Assembly (NCBI GenBank): GCA_964604015.1
Contig: CAZRXF010000006.1
Coordinates: 16,487-80,486, forward strand
DNA from: an uncultured Pseudomonadota bacterium
GTDB taxonomy: Bacteria; Babelota; Babeliae; Babelales; CAIQNR01
Direction of reading: 5' to 3'
Length of the DNA stretch: 64,000 nt
Under the pieces are notes generated by a model. It did no database searches, was not told the DNA's origin, and worked only from the letters and a program-made list of their open reading frames with translations. Positions 36,516 through 46,755 of this stretch are shown in pieces (position 1 is the stretch's first letter; every line of letters starts with the position of its first letter). The translations under genes and the position numbers were made by a program.

Positions 36516-37037
36516 ATGGATATCCTCTATGCTCCGTGGCGAGAAGAATACACAACATCAACAGCACAAGGGCCAAAAGGGCAGGAAACTGTTAGCCCTG
36601 AAGAATGTGTTTTTTGTGTACGTATCGCGCAAACAAATGATGAGGAAAATTTTATAGTCGCCCGTTACCGACACCATGCTCTTTTTCTCAATCGATATCC
36701 CTACAACCCCGGTCACCTTCTTATCATTCCACTTGAGCACAAATCGGGACTTGAAGATCTTTCTCTTGAAGCTCAACACGAACTTATTCAACTAAGTTCC
36801 CACTGTATAACCATCCTTAAAACTGAAGTAAAAGCTCAGGGAATTAATATTGGGCTTAATTTAGGTAAAGCAGCTGGTGCGGGTATCCCTGCCCATCTGC
36901 ACGCCCATGTATTACCTCGTTGGTATGGGGACACCAACTTCCTCCCAACGCTTGCCAACACCAAACAAGTATCCAGCGATTTGGGCAAGCTGTACAAACA
37001 GTTAAGCCCAAAATTCAAAGCCGTCACCCTTTCTTAA
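36516..37037 (+). CDS. HIT-family nucleotide hydrolase/transferase
   Basis: 173-aa ORF with the histidine triad HLHAHVLPR, CVFC and NRYPYNPGHLLIIP. Confidence 0.85.
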   Translation: MDILYAPWREEYTTSTAQGPKGQETVSPEECVFCVRIAQTNDEENFIVARYRHHALFLNRYPYNPGHLLIIPLEHKSGLEDLSLEAQHELIQLSSHCITILKTEVKAQGINIGLNLGKAAGAGIPAHLHAHVLPRWYGDTNFLPTLANTKQVSSDLGKLYKQLSPKFKAVTLS

Positions 37038-37153
37038 TACAATTAGAATTTGACACAAGATACCCAGTTGCCCCCCTTTTTGATTGCGGTATCTTAGTCC
37101 TAAATGTAATGCGTAGGTCTTTTCGATCGATATTAGCTGTGGAGGTTATGGTC

Positions 37154-38821
37154 ATGGAAAGCATTTCAAAAAAGATTTTATTTTTAGGGTTAGGCTTAGC
37201 TTTCGCTCAGCCCATGGCCACCCATGCGGCAGAACCACTTGCTCAAGCCAGTGCACAAGCAGCAAAAGTTATACTTGGCGCTACCTTGAGAACAAAAGTT
37301 ATCGAGAACTTTTTGGTTCCATTTGGCAGAGCTGCTAAAGACGCTCTTCTCAGAACAGGAGCTGCAGTTGGTACAGGTCTTGCGATAGAAGACATTTGTC
37401 TTTCCGATGATCCCGGCCCCCTTGGAGCGGGCGTAAAACATTTTTTTGCCGACAATCTGGGAATAATAATCCCATCTAATAAGTGTGAAGCAAGCACTAC
37501 TGCCCTAGTAGGCCCTCGAACAGTTTTTACAGCATCCACTACTGACTCAGCTCCTTCTGAACCATCACCACTACCGAACACCTCTCATTCAACTGAGACA
37601 TCAGCAACTGTTCCTGGAGGAGAAAATCATAGCTCCAGCAACCCTACCATCAGTGGAATACTACCCGCAACATCAACTGAGTCTAGTAACTCAGTACCCC
37701 AAGGTCTTTCCGTGGAATCGTTGGAAAACTCTGCTAGTTCACTAGAAGAACCATCATCACCTAGTGTTTCCATTTGGGACGTTTTAAAAATCTCACCAAA
37801 ATCAGGTGATCAAGCTTTCCCTTTAACTGATGACGAGAAAAAAGCATTCCTACAAACAGTTGGCAACAGAGTTCTCGAAAACCCAGTGGGTGGTTCTACA
37901 AAAACTGAACTTCATGAACTAGTAACCAAAAGTCTTCGTACAACAGAATTATCGGGCAATTTTGATGATTCATTAGAACCATCATCGCCAGGTGTTTCCA
38001 TTTGGGACGTTTTAAAAATCTCACCAAAATCAGGTGATCAAGCTTTCCCTTTAACTGATGACGAGAAAAAAGCATTCCTACAAACAGTTGGCAACAGAGT
38101 TCTCGAAAACCCAGTGGGTGGTTCTACAGGAGGAAGAATTTCTATTACGATAACTCCTGTCCCAAAACAAGCTGTCAGTGGCGCAGTTGGACATCTTGGA
38201 GGAAGTGCTGAAGCACCAACCACTCCACCAACTCAAACTTCGCCGACCCCACCAGTTCCAACCTCGACCATACCAACACCACCTGCTCCTACTCCTCCGC
38301 CAGCAAATTTAACTCCACCGCCAGTTACCCCTCCGGCACCTCCTGCGCCACCCGTTACACCCCCGGTTCCGCCGGCACCACCTACTCCTACTCCAGCTGA
38401 CACTGGATGGATAGCTTCACTTAAGAATGCCATTACGGCTAATCCACTCGTAACAACGATCTCTAACAATCCTAAAATGTCAGCCGCTGTGTACGTGGTA
38501 GGAGGAACTTTACTTATCAGACTCTACAAACAGCTAAAGCTTTACGGATACAGAGAAAATTTCCGACGAGATTTGGACGATTTTACACAACACAACAATC
38601 AAGCAAGCCTGGAAAAATGTGCTCGTTTAATGCATCAGGCTGATCCTCTTCGCTATCCGAACGTCGGTGCCGTAAATCGTCAAATGGCAACTGATTTTAT
38701 CGACAGATTCACCACCAAAGACATTCGTTTGCCATGGAAACATATATGGCCTCTTCTTGTTGCTCCCCATGCGCTTGTTTTCTCGGCATGTGGCAAGATA
38801 GCAAGTCTTGGTCTTGCATAA
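37154..38821 (+). CDS. surface-anchored repeat protein with a Pro/Thr-rich spacer and a C-terminal membrane segment
   Basis: The ATG at 37154 lies 8 nt after GGAGG. Signal peptide MESISKKILFLGLGLAFAQPMATHA|AEP, a S/T/E-rich region, two near-identical 51-aa repeats, 60 aa of PT/PPAP repeats and a hydrophobic C-terminal segment. The ORF track's 36920 start overlaps the HIT gene. Confidence 0.8.
   Translation: MESISKKILFLGLGLAFAQPMATHAAEPLAQASAQAAKVILGATLRTKVIENFLVPFGRAAKDALLRTGAAVGTGLAIEDICLSDDPGPLGAGVKHFFADNLGIIIPSNKCEASTTALVGPRTVFTASTTDSAPSEPSPLPNTSHSTETSATVPGGENHSSSNPTISGILPATSTESSNSVPQGLSVESLENSASSLEEPSSPSVSIWDVLKISPKSGDQAFPLTDDEKKAFLQTVGNRVLENPVGGSTKTELHELVTKSLRTTELSGNFDDSLEPSSPGVSIWDVLKISPKSGDQAFPLTDDEKKAFLQTVGNRVLENPVGGSTGGRISITITPVPKQAVSGAVGHLGGSAEAPTTPPTQTSPTPPVPTSTIPTPPAPTPPPANLTPPPVTPPAPPAPPVTPPVPPAPPTPTPADTGWIASLKNAITANPLVTTISNNPKMSAAVYVVGGTLLIRLYKQLKLYGYRENFRRDLDDFTQHNNQASLEKCARLMHQADPLRYPNVGAVNRQMATDFIDRFTTKDIRLPWKHIWPLLVAPHALVFSACGKIASLGLA
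37748..38128 (+). repeat. two near-identical 153-bp direct repeats (37748..37900 and 37976..38128), period 228 bp, inside a CDS
   Basis: The copies differ only in the first ~20 nt (tcacctagt vs tcgccaggt). Both encode EPSSP(S/G)VSIWDVLKISPKSGDQAFPLTDDEKKAFLQTVGNRVLENPVGGST. Confidence 0.95.
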
Positions 38822-38936
38822 TAAATATTCCTTTTGATCTCTTTGTGTAGGGTAAAAGTTTGTGTGAGGACTTTTACCCTACTTTTTTATACGCTTGGGA
38901 TGTACTGATACCCCTTATTAAATCAAGGTAAGTTCC

Positions 38937-39377
38937 ATGGAAGATAAAACGTTTCTTTCTCAAGTAACATCTTTACTAGCTGCTGGTGGCCTTGCTGTTG
39001 CACTCCTTCTTCTCGTATCAGAAATCAACGAACATGCTTTTCCCGCCCCTTTGTATAGCGATTGTGTTACTGTCAACGACTCTAATTCGAAAGAGTACAA
39101 GGAACAATACAAGCAGTACCAAGAAACAATCAAAGCCCCTGAACACAAACGTTTTTACGTACGTGCAGGAGTGGGACTTTTTTGTTTAGGCGCAGGCCTT
39201 CTAGCAGCGTCTGGCAGTGCCGCCATCGCTTTAACAGCCGTCGGGGTCGTACTCGTACCCTATGCACTTATTAATCATGCGGCCGAATCTCTACCTATTG
39301 CCCTTCGCTTTTTTGTCATTCTTATGGCCTTACTACTTTTGGTTCTCTTCTTTTACCGAGAGGCAAAAAGGCCTTAG
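38937..39377 (+). CDS. hypothetical membrane protein
   Basis: 146-aa ORF with three or four hydrophobic helices. No motif could be assigned. Confidence 0.5.
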   Translation: MEDKTFLSQVTSLLAAGGLAVALLLLVSEINEHAFPAPLYSDCVTVNDSNSKEYKEQYKQYQETIKAPEHKRFYVRAGVGLFCLGAGLLAASGSAAIALTAVGVVLVPYALINHAAESLPIALRFFVILMALLLLVLFFYREAKRP

Positions 39378-39446
39378 AGGGCGCTAAAACATTCTCTTTC
39401 TCGATTTCTATGGTATTCTCACCTAAAGTGCCTTAAACAGAAGGGA

Positions 39447-42044
39447 ATGCGTATGAAATCGATGGAAATCCGCAAGAAGTTTTTTGATTTTTTTACCAAA
39501 CATGGTCACAAGCAGATCGACAGCTCGTCTTTGATCCCCGCCCAAGACCCTACCCTCCTGTTTACCAACGCGGGTATGAATCAGTTTAAAGACCTATTTC
39601 TTGGTAACGAAAAGCAAAGCTACAAAACAGCGGTCACCATCCAAAAATGCGTACGCGCCGGTGGAAAACATAACGACCTTGATAACGTCGGTTTTACCAA
39701 ACGCCATCTGACTTTCTTTGAAATGATGGGCAATTTCTCCTTCGGCGATTACTTCAAGAAAGAAGCTATTTTTTACGCCTGGACATTTTTGACTAAAGAA
39801 TTGGGACTCAATCCTCAAGACATGTACGTCTCAGTCTATGAAAAAGACGATGAGGCATTTGAAATTTGGAAAGACCTTGGTGTCTCTCCTGATCGCATTA
39901 TGCGCTTTGGAAAAAAAGACAATTTCTGGCAAATGGGGAATTCAGGTCCCTGCGGCCCTTGTACCGAAATCTATGTCGACTTACGCCCAGCAGCAGAGCG
40001 CTCAAAAACTCCAAGCTACGAAGATTTTGATCAAGGCAGACTCCTTGAAGTGTGGAACAATGTATTCATGCAATTCGATCTGCAAGAGGACGGTACTTTG
40101 AACCCGCTCAAACAAACGGGCGTTGATACCGGTATGGGACTTGAACGTATCACCTGCATTTTGCAAGGAGTCGATACGGTCTACCAAACAGATCTGTTCT
40201 TGCCGTTGATTGCAGAAATTGAACGACTTACCGGCGTAAACTACGCACAACAAGATGAAAAAACTAAAGCAGCATTTCATGTTTTAGCGGACCACATTCG
40301 TTCTTCATCGTTGATTATCGCAGATGGTGGTTCTCCTTCAAATGAAGGCCGCGGCTATGTGCTTCGAAAAATCATCCGCCGAGCAGCACTTTTTGCTCAA
40401 AAACTGACTTCTAAAAATATCTTTCCTGACCTTGCAAGAGCATTCATCAAACAAATGTCTCCTGTCTATCCAGAGCTAAAAACCAACGAGACGATGATTG
40501 TGAATTTGCTCCATAACGAAATCGAACAGTTTGCACAAAATCTGATTCGGGGACAAAACATCCTTGGTGAGTTTTTTGAAGAACAAAAGGAATCGAAACA
40601 TATCTCAGGAGAACAAGCATTCAAATTGTACGACACGTATGGGTTCCCAATCGAGGTGACTATCCTTGCCGCACAAGAACGTGGCTATACGGTCGATTCT
40701 GTTGGTTTTGAAGAAGCGATGGAAAAACAGCGCCAACTTTCTGGCAAAAAGATGAAAACGGTTCTCAAAGAAATCGAACTTCCTGAATCGATCAAAACAA
40801 AATTCGTGGGATATCAACAAACCAACTGTCACTCAAAAATTATCGGGTTGCTTCACAACGACACATTAGTTAACGAAGTTCCAGCACAAACAAGCGTCTG
40901 GGTTATCACCCAAGAGTGTCCCTTCTTTGTGACCACCGGTGGCCAAGTTGATGACCAGGGATGGATCAATGTTGATGGCAAAAAAGCCAAGCTTGAAGGA
41001 CTTCGTAAGATCAGTGGGGCTATCGCTTTTGAGATAACAGCGCCAACCACACTCAAGGTCGGCATGGCAATCGAGCAACAGGTAGAACTTTCAAGCCGCA
41101 TCATGACGATGAATAACCACACCGCCACCCACTTACTGCAAGCAGCATTAATTCAGCTGCTTGGCAAACAAGTAAAACAAGCAGGGTCGGTCGTACATCC
41201 TGACTATTTACGCTTTGATTTCACGTTCCACCGTAACCTGACAGAAGAAGAAATTACCCACGTTGAAAATACCGTGAACGACAAGATCCGTGAAAACATT
41301 GGGGTTGAGGTTTTTGAAACCACCTACAAAGATGCACTTGACCGTGGGGTCATCGCCATTTTTGGGGAAAAATATAACCCTGAAAAAGTACGTGTTGTTG
41401 ATGTTCCTGGGTTTTCTGCAGAACTGTGCGGCGGTACGCACGTTCCTTCAACGGGTGTCATCGGTCTTTTTAAGATCACAGAAGTGGGTGCACTTTCTGC
41501 TGGTGTGCGCCGCATCTTTGCCGTTACCGGACCACGAGGGGTTGAACTTCTGCAAAAAAACTTCAACACAGTCAAACATTTAAGCCAAGAATTTAAAGTA
41601 AAACCTGAAGAAGTTTTGAATGCGGTGGAAAAACAACGGTGCTCACTCCAAGCATGTCAGTTACACATCCGTAACCTCAAAAAAGAAGTCGTAAAATCGC
41701 ATCTGCCTGTGTGGACTGCAAAAGTTGAAACCGTTAAGCATGTACCGTTTTTATTCCTTCATCTTGAAAATCAATCAATCGACGACTTGCGCGAAATCGG
41801 CACACAACTCCAAACACACAAGCAAGGCTTTTACTTCCTTGTTTCAAGTGAAGAAGGCACCTCAAATTTCTACGCAACCGTAGCACCAAGCTATGAAGCT
41901 CACGTGAATACCAAAGATTTTGGCGTGTGGCTTAAGACGGTTGCCGGACTTACTGGCGGTGGCAAACCAGGCACCCTGCAAGGGGGCGGGCCGCGTGTTG
42001 GCAAACAGCTTGAGCAGCAAATTAAGGATTATTTGTTGCAGTAA
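39447..42044 (+). CDS. alaS: alanine--tRNA ligase
   Basis: FTNAGMNQFK, QKCVRAGGKHNDLDNVG, FFEMMGNFSFGDYFK, GPCGPCTEIY, VDTGMGLERI, editing-domain HTATHLL/CGGTHV and a C-terminal GGGKPG. The start may be the ATG at 39453. Confidence 0.96.
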   Translation: MRMKSMEIRKKFFDFFTKHGHKQIDSSSLIPAQDPTLLFTNAGMNQFKDLFLGNEKQSYKTAVTIQKCVRAGGKHNDLDNVGFTKRHLTFFEMMGNFSFGDYFKKEAIFYAWTFLTKELGLNPQDMYVSVYEKDDEAFEIWKDLGVSPDRIMRFGKKDNFWQMGNSGPCGPCTEIYVDLRPAAERSKTPSYEDFDQGRLLEVWNNVFMQFDLQEDGTLNPLKQTGVDTGMGLERITCILQGVDTVYQTDLFLPLIAEIERLTGVNYAQQDEKTKAAFHVLADHIRSSSLIIADGGSPSNEGRGYVLRKIIRRAALFAQKLTSKNIFPDLARAFIKQMSPVYPELKTNETMIVNLLHNEIEQFAQNLIRGQNILGEFFEEQKESKHISGEQAFKLYDTYGFPIEVTILAAQERGYTVDSVGFEEAMEKQRQLSGKKMKTVLKEIELPESIKTKFVGYQQTNCHSKIIGLLHNDTLVNEVPAQTSVWVITQECPFFVTTGGQVDDQGWINVDGKKAKLEGLRKISGAIAFEITAPTTLKVGMAIEQQVELSSRIMTMNNHTATHLLQAALIQLLGKQVKQAGSVVHPDYLRFDFTFHRNLTEEEITHVENTVNDKIRENIGVEVFETTYKDALDRGVIAIFGEKYNPEKVRVVDVPGFSAELCGGTHVPSTGVIGLFKITEVGALSAGVRRIFAVTGPRGVELLQKNFNTVKHLSQEFKVKPEEVLNAVEKQRCSLQACQLHIRNLKKEVVKSHLPVWTAKVETVKHVPFLFLHLENQSIDDLREIGTQLQTHKQGFYFLVSSEEGTSNFYATVAPSYEAHVNTKDFGVWLKTVAGLTGGGKPGTLQGGGPRVGKQLEQQIKDYLLQ

Positions 42045-42050
42045 AAAGTA

Positions 42051-42080
42051 AGGGCACCTTCGGGGTGCCCTCTTTTATTT
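42051..42080. terminator. bidirectional intrinsic terminator between alaS and pth
   Basis: The hairpin agggcacc-ttcg-gggtgccct is followed by cttttatttt on the plus strand, and by a T-rich run on the minus strand. Confidence 0.8.
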
Positions 42081-42099
42081 TGTAGCTAATAGAATGCCC

Positions 42100-42609
42100 C
42101 TAGCTCATGAGCATTTCAACTGCTTTTTGTATCAACTCTTCCACCTGAGCACTGCTCTCTTTGAATGACGCAAGTACATAGTCAGGGACTTCATTTTTGT
42201 CTTCAGGGCGACCGATGCCAAAACGCAAACGCCAGAAATCAGGGCCGTAGACGCCAATGATCGATTTTAAACCGTTATGGCCTTTTGCACTCCCGCCCTG
42301 CTTGATCGACAGGTTACCAAATGGTTTTTCAAGCTCGTCATGCACCACCAAAAGCTGTTCTGCTGTAACGCCCTTCTTTTGCAAGAACGGACATACACGA
42401 CCAGAGTTGTTCATAAACGTCTGCGGTTTGATGACGATTACCGGATGGTCATGAAGTGTAATTTCCGCATAGTCCATTTCATCGCGCTTTTTCCAATTGC
42501 CTCCGGCAGATGCGACAAGCTCATCAACAATACGAAAGCCAATGTTATGGCGGGTAGAAAAAAAACGAGGGCCGGGATTACCCAGCCCTATGATTGCTTT
42601 GTAATTCAT
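42100..42609 (-). CDS. pth: peptidyl-tRNA hydrolase
   Basis: 169-aa ORF with IIGLGNPG, TRHNIGF, NNSG and GHNGLKS. Confidence 0.92.
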   Translation of the reverse strand: MNYKAIIGLGNPGPRFFSTRHNIGFRIVDELVASAGGNWKKRDEMDYAEITLHDHPVIVIKPQTFMNNSGRVCPFLQKKGVTAEQLLVVHDELEKPFGNLSIKQGGSAKGHNGLKSIIGVYGPDFWRLRFGIGRPEDKNEVPDYVLASFKESSAQVEELIQKAVEMLMS

Positions 42610-42619
42610 TCCAAAAGAC

Positions 42620-43165
42620 TTATTTTTTAGCCTTTGGCATAGCTTCTTTTGCTACGGCAGGTGCATTTTTATCCATTTCAGCTATCACCTGATCAGTAAC
42701 ATCAAAATGCTTAGAATCTTTTACGTAAAGTGCTCCTGGGATCGCAATATCGCAGCAATCTAACTTCTTGCAAGCAGCTTGAATGTCTCCAACCAAAGAT
42801 TCTTCAGCTGAGCGCATTTCTCGTTCAGCATATGCTTGCAAACCTTGTTGTTTCACTTCGATTTGCCCTTTAAGACTTGCCAATTTTTCCTGATGCTCTT
42901 GGACAACACTTTGCTTCATGTCTTTTCCACCATTTTGTAGCTTTTCTACAATCTGCTGGATTTGAGTTTTAAGTGCCTCAATTTCATTACCACGCTTTTT
43001 GATTTCAGCTTCAATTCGTTTTTGAACAGCAGCAAATTTTTGAGATTTCTGTGCAACATCAGGAATGCGCACCACTGCTATGCGGGGACCTTGCACACTA
43101 CCTGCGCTTATGAATGAGAAAGAAGAGAGCAATACAATGGTTAAAAAATGGGTTCGTTTTAACAT
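42620..43165 (-). CDS. OmpH/Skp-like periplasmic chaperone
   Basis: 181-aa ORF with a signal peptide, followed by a long coiled K/E/Q-rich region typical of the OmpH family. Confidence 0.7.
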   Translation of the reverse strand: MLKRTHFLTIVLLSSFSFISAGSVQGPRIAVVRIPDVAQKSQKFAAVQKRIEAEIKKRGNEIEALKTQIQQIVEKLQNGGKDMKQSVVQEHQEKLASLKGQIEVKQQGLQAYAEREMRSAEESLVGDIQAACKKLDCCDIAIPGALYVKDSKHFDVTDQVIAEMDKNAPAVAKEAMPKAKK

Positions 43166-43239
43166 CTAAGTTCCTTTTCTTAAGACCGACAAGACGGATA
43201 AAAACAAGCAAAATAACTCTATAAGTATTGGAAATAATG

Positions 43240-45909
43240 TCAATGAGCCTTTACAGAGCGTCTTTTTACATATTTCTTGAGTTCTTCTACAGCTAGAAGA
43301 ACACATCCACTTGCTAGCACCACCACCCAATCACCACTGACAAGAGGAACTGTTTTAAAAATCGCTTGCAGAAAAGGCACATAAACCAACGCTATTTGTG
43401 TTATTAAAATTCCACCCAATGCAAGAGCTAACCAACGATTTGAAAAAGGCGAAAGAGAAAAAAGAGAACGATCAAGAGAACGACAATTAAGCGCTGTTAC
43501 CCACTGACAGCAGGTAAGTGTTACCATCGCCATGGTCCGCGCAAGCGCAAGGTCCGTCTGCAAATACCATACAAACACTGCACAGGAAACTCCTGCAGCC
43601 AAAAAACCGCTGTACAAAACTTGTGCAGCAAGCGATTTTGTCATCAACGTTGCCTGATTATCTAACCACGTTTTATGCATAAGATTTTTTTCAAGCGGTT
43701 CTAGTGAAAGTGCAGTATCTAAGAATCCATCTGTTACTAGATTGAGCCACAAAATCTGACAAGCAAGCAACGGTACCGGATATCCGCCAGCAAGCGAAAA
43801 AAGCATGACCAACACTTCAGCAAAATTTGTCGCAAAAAAGTACAAAATAACTCGTTTAAAGGTATAAAAAATGTGGCGCCCATACGCAATTCCGTAAGGA
43901 ATTTTTTCGCATGCATCATCAAGAAGCAAGATATGGGCTGTTTCTTTTGCAACTTCAGATCCTGTTGCACCGAGAGAGATGGAAACATTTGCTAAAGCAA
44001 GTGCAGGCACATCATTTATCCCATCACCAATAACCAGTACTACTTTGCCTTGCTGTTGATACGCAGCTACCAAGCGCGCTTTATCAGCAGGCAAAAGACG
44101 TGCATACACGGTTGTTTTTTCAAGATGAGGAATAAACTCTTGGTCAGAAAGGTGGTGCAGAGTGGGGCCCTCCATAATCTCAGACGAATGCCTAAAAATA
44201 CCAGCAAGTCGCCCCATGTATGACGCCGTTTTAAGACTATCTCCTGTTGCCATCACAACCTGAATCCCAGCCTGCTGCATCTCATGTATCACTTGTACAA
44301 TGTTTGGACGTAACGTATCGCTAATTCCCGCAGTTCCTAAAAACGTAAGCCCTTCATCAAAAAGACCGGTAAAAAACGTTTCTTTATAACTACCAACTGC
44401 AAGATCGGTTAATGAGAATTCCTTTGAAGCAAAAGCCAACACACGCAGCCCCTCTTTGAGCATTGTTTCAGCACCAGCACGTTGTTCAACTGTTAACTGA
44501 GAACAACGTCGACTGATTGCTTCAAACGAGCCAATCCCAAACAAAATTCCCTTACCATTTTTTTCATAGAACCCTGCATGATACTGATGTGCTGCACCAA
44601 AAGGAATCTCATACAGCTTTGTGTATTGTAGCTCAACTTGCTCAAGCGGGACCCCATATTTTCGGGCACAAATTCGAAGCGCGACCTCATTTGGACTGCC
44701 TTTAACCGCCCACTTGTGCTTGTGTTCATGCCATTCAAGCACTGAACGATCAAGAAGGATTGAAGCTTCCATCATGTCATGCAATGGATCAGACCCAGAA
44801 GCATGATAATTGACAGATTTCCCCTCACACAACAAACCACCTTCTGGATGATACCCAGTTCCTGTTACCTGGTACTGTTTGCCCCCAGCATTGAGAGCAA
44901 CTACCATCAATTCATTCTTGGTTAACGTTCCTGTTTTATCAATAAGCGCAACATGTGCCCTTCCCAGCGCTTCAATTGCTTGTAGCCGCTTTGCAACTAT
45001 TTTATGACGAGCAAGAACATACGCCCCACTGACCAAAATGATTGTCATGATTACCGGCAATCCCTGCGGAACCACACACATAAAAAGAGCAAGTAATGCT
45101 GCCAAAAGTTCAGGAAATGGTTTTCCTGCTAAGACACCAATGATAAAAAGACTCACACAAATAAAGACGATGAGCCACAGTACAAAGTTTAGAACACGAG
45201 AAAGATCTCGTTGAAGCGGCATCTCTTGGGAAAACACTTCCATGCCCTCGGCTGTTTTTCTCCCTGTTGTTTGTGCTCCTGTAGCAACCACCACGGCACG
45301 AGCAGATCCCGTAATTATGTGAGAGCCACAAAAAAGCATGTTCGATTGCTCAGAAAGCTCATATTTTTGCGTAAGAGCATCACTTTTTTTCTGGACTGGT
45401 TTTGATTCACCGGTCAACACTGCTTCATCAACAGTCACCCCGTATGATTCAAGAATGCGGGCATCTGCAGGAACATGCTCCCCTTCTTGCAAAAGAAGAA
45501 TATCCCCAGGAACTAATTCTTCGTCATCGACCAAGATCTTCGTCCCTTCTCTGACAACCACCGATTGCTGTTTTTTAAACGTACGCAAACGAGCAACCAT
45601 ATGAGAAATGCGACGCTCCTGAAACGCTCCGATGGTAGCATTCAGAAGAATAACCCCCACGATAATGAAGGCATCAAACGAGTCACCGGCAAAAAAAATG
45701 ATACCTGAAGCTGCAGCAAGAAGGAATATCAACGGCTCACACAGCAAACCAAGAAACGTTTTTACAAATGAAAAAGGTTTTACTCTATAAGGGATATGAG
45801 GCCCAAATCGTGCTTTGCGCGCTTTGACATCCTGCACCATCAATCCCTGACGTTCATCAGTCTTCAACTCTGCGAGAATGTCTTGTTCTTTTTTTTTATA
45901 CCAATCCAT
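43240..45909 (-). CDS. cation-transporting P-type ATPase (P2-like)
   Basis: 889-aa ORF with the TGES actuator motif (LTGESKPV), the phosphorylation site DKTGTLT, MATGDS, GDGINDVPAL and about 10 TM helices. Confidence 0.9.
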   Translation of the reverse strand: MDWYKKKEQDILAELKTDERQGLMVQDVKARKARFGPHIPYRVKPFSFVKTFLGLLCEPLIFLLAAASGIIFFAGDSFDAFIIVGVILLNATIGAFQERRISHMVARLRTFKKQQSVVVREGTKILVDDEELVPGDILLLQEGEHVPADARILESYGVTVDEAVLTGESKPVQKKSDALTQKYELSEQSNMLFCGSHIITGSARAVVVATGAQTTGRKTAEGMEVFSQEMPLQRDLSRVLNFVLWLIVFICVSLFIIGVLAGKPFPELLAALLALFMCVVPQGLPVIMTIILVSGAYVLARHKIVAKRLQAIEALGRAHVALIDKTGTLTKNELMVVALNAGGKQYQVTGTGYHPEGGLLCEGKSVNYHASGSDPLHDMMEASILLDRSVLEWHEHKHKWAVKGSPNEVALRICARKYGVPLEQVELQYTKLYEIPFGAAHQYHAGFYEKNGKGILFGIGSFEAISRRCSQLTVEQRAGAETMLKEGLRVLAFASKEFSLTDLAVGSYKETFFTGLFDEGLTFLGTAGISDTLRPNIVQVIHEMQQAGIQVVMATGDSLKTASYMGRLAGIFRHSSEIMEGPTLHHLSDQEFIPHLEKTTVYARLLPADKARLVAAYQQQGKVVLVIGDGINDVPALALANVSISLGATGSEVAKETAHILLLDDACEKIPYGIAYGRHIFYTFKRVILYFFATNFAEVLVMLFSLAGGYPVPLLACQILWLNLVTDGFLDTALSLEPLEKNLMHKTWLDNQATLMTKSLAAQVLYSGFLAAGVSCAVFVWYLQTDLALARTMAMVTLTCCQWVTALNCRSLDRSLFSLSPFSNRWLALALGGILITQIALVYVPFLQAIFKTVPLVSGDWVVVLASGCVLLAVEELKKYVKRRSVKAH

Positions 45910-45915
45910 AGCGTT

Positions 45916-46719
45916 CTATTCATCACGTTCAGTCAATGCCGGAAGAAAATTTCTCGTTATGCCAGAACAGAAAGCAGCAAGATCCTCCCTTGCCCCCGGC
46001 ATAGGAGTCGATCCAGGAGCACCAGCAAATGATAATTCACGAAACCTTCTTGTCAGAGTCCCTGCCGATGCCGGTTCTGGAAGAACGGTAGCATCAATCG
46101 TGGGAGTAACTGGAGATAATTCCATTGGTCTATGATAGGTAGCTGGGGCTGCTCCACAATGGGAGAATTCCCCTGGCTTAGCAGGATGGGTTAAAGACTC
46201 TCCTAAATAGGTGAGCTCACGGTAGCTTATGCTCTTTTGGTGTCCAGAATTTTCTCTAAGCTGAGATCTTATACCTAAAAGAAGTTCATCATTTCCTTCA
46301 ATGATAACTTTTTTTTGATCTGCCTTTACCGCTGAAAGAATCATACAACCAAGATGCCTTTTAAAAAGAGCGAAGGAAGCAACTCCATTGGCTACTTTTC
46401 TTTTCGGAAAGACAAGAATGTATCCCTTATTTGGGCAATAGTATCCAGCCAAACTACCTATCGATCGGCGCAAAATTTTACTCTCCTCATGAGGCATTCC
46501 TGGATCACAATTGAATGTATAGACATCAAGATTAGTTGCCATTTTGCTACGGGATGTTTTTTTACGCACAGAACGATACAATTGGTCCTTCCAATGAACA
46601 GCCACATGAAACGCTGTCGCTTGCCCTTCTGTTAATGATTGAATTGCTGATTGTTCAGCCCCATGCGTTACTACCTGAGCAGCGAATAACACCCAGAAAA
46701 AACTTTTTTTAAACAACAT
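45916..46719 (-). CDS. hypothetical secreted protein
   Basis: 267-aa ORF with a signal peptide (MLFKKSFFWVLFAAQVVTHGA|EQ). Its stop lies 6 nt before the ATPase start. No motif could be assigned. Confidence 0.55.
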   Translation of the reverse strand: MLFKKSFFWVLFAAQVVTHGAEQSAIQSLTEGQATAFHVAVHWKDQLYRSVRKKTSRSKMATNLDVYTFNCDPGMPHEESKILRRSIGSLAGYYCPNKGYILVFPKRKVANGVASFALFKRHLGCMILSAVKADQKKVIIEGNDELLLGIRSQLRENSGHQKSISYRELTYLGESLTHPAKPGEFSHCGAAPATYHRPMELSPVTPTIDATVLPEPASAGTLTRRFRELSFAGAPGSTPMPGAREDLAAFCSGITRNFLPALTERDE

Positions 46720-46755
46720 ATGTACGCCCCTTCCTGTTTATTTTTATAAAATTTA

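Noticed and set aside
36920-37153. The ORF-track start at 36920 for the repeat surface protein, overlapping the HIT gene by 118 nt. The same issue affects 20881 (RmlC-like), 7774 (nusB), 50095 (AlaRS-like), 36434 (wecB), 24870, 25948 and 63459.
   Set aside because: In each case a downstream ATG with a proper SD starts exactly at the conserved N-terminus or signal peptide and removes the overlap. The upstream extensions have no homology-like features.
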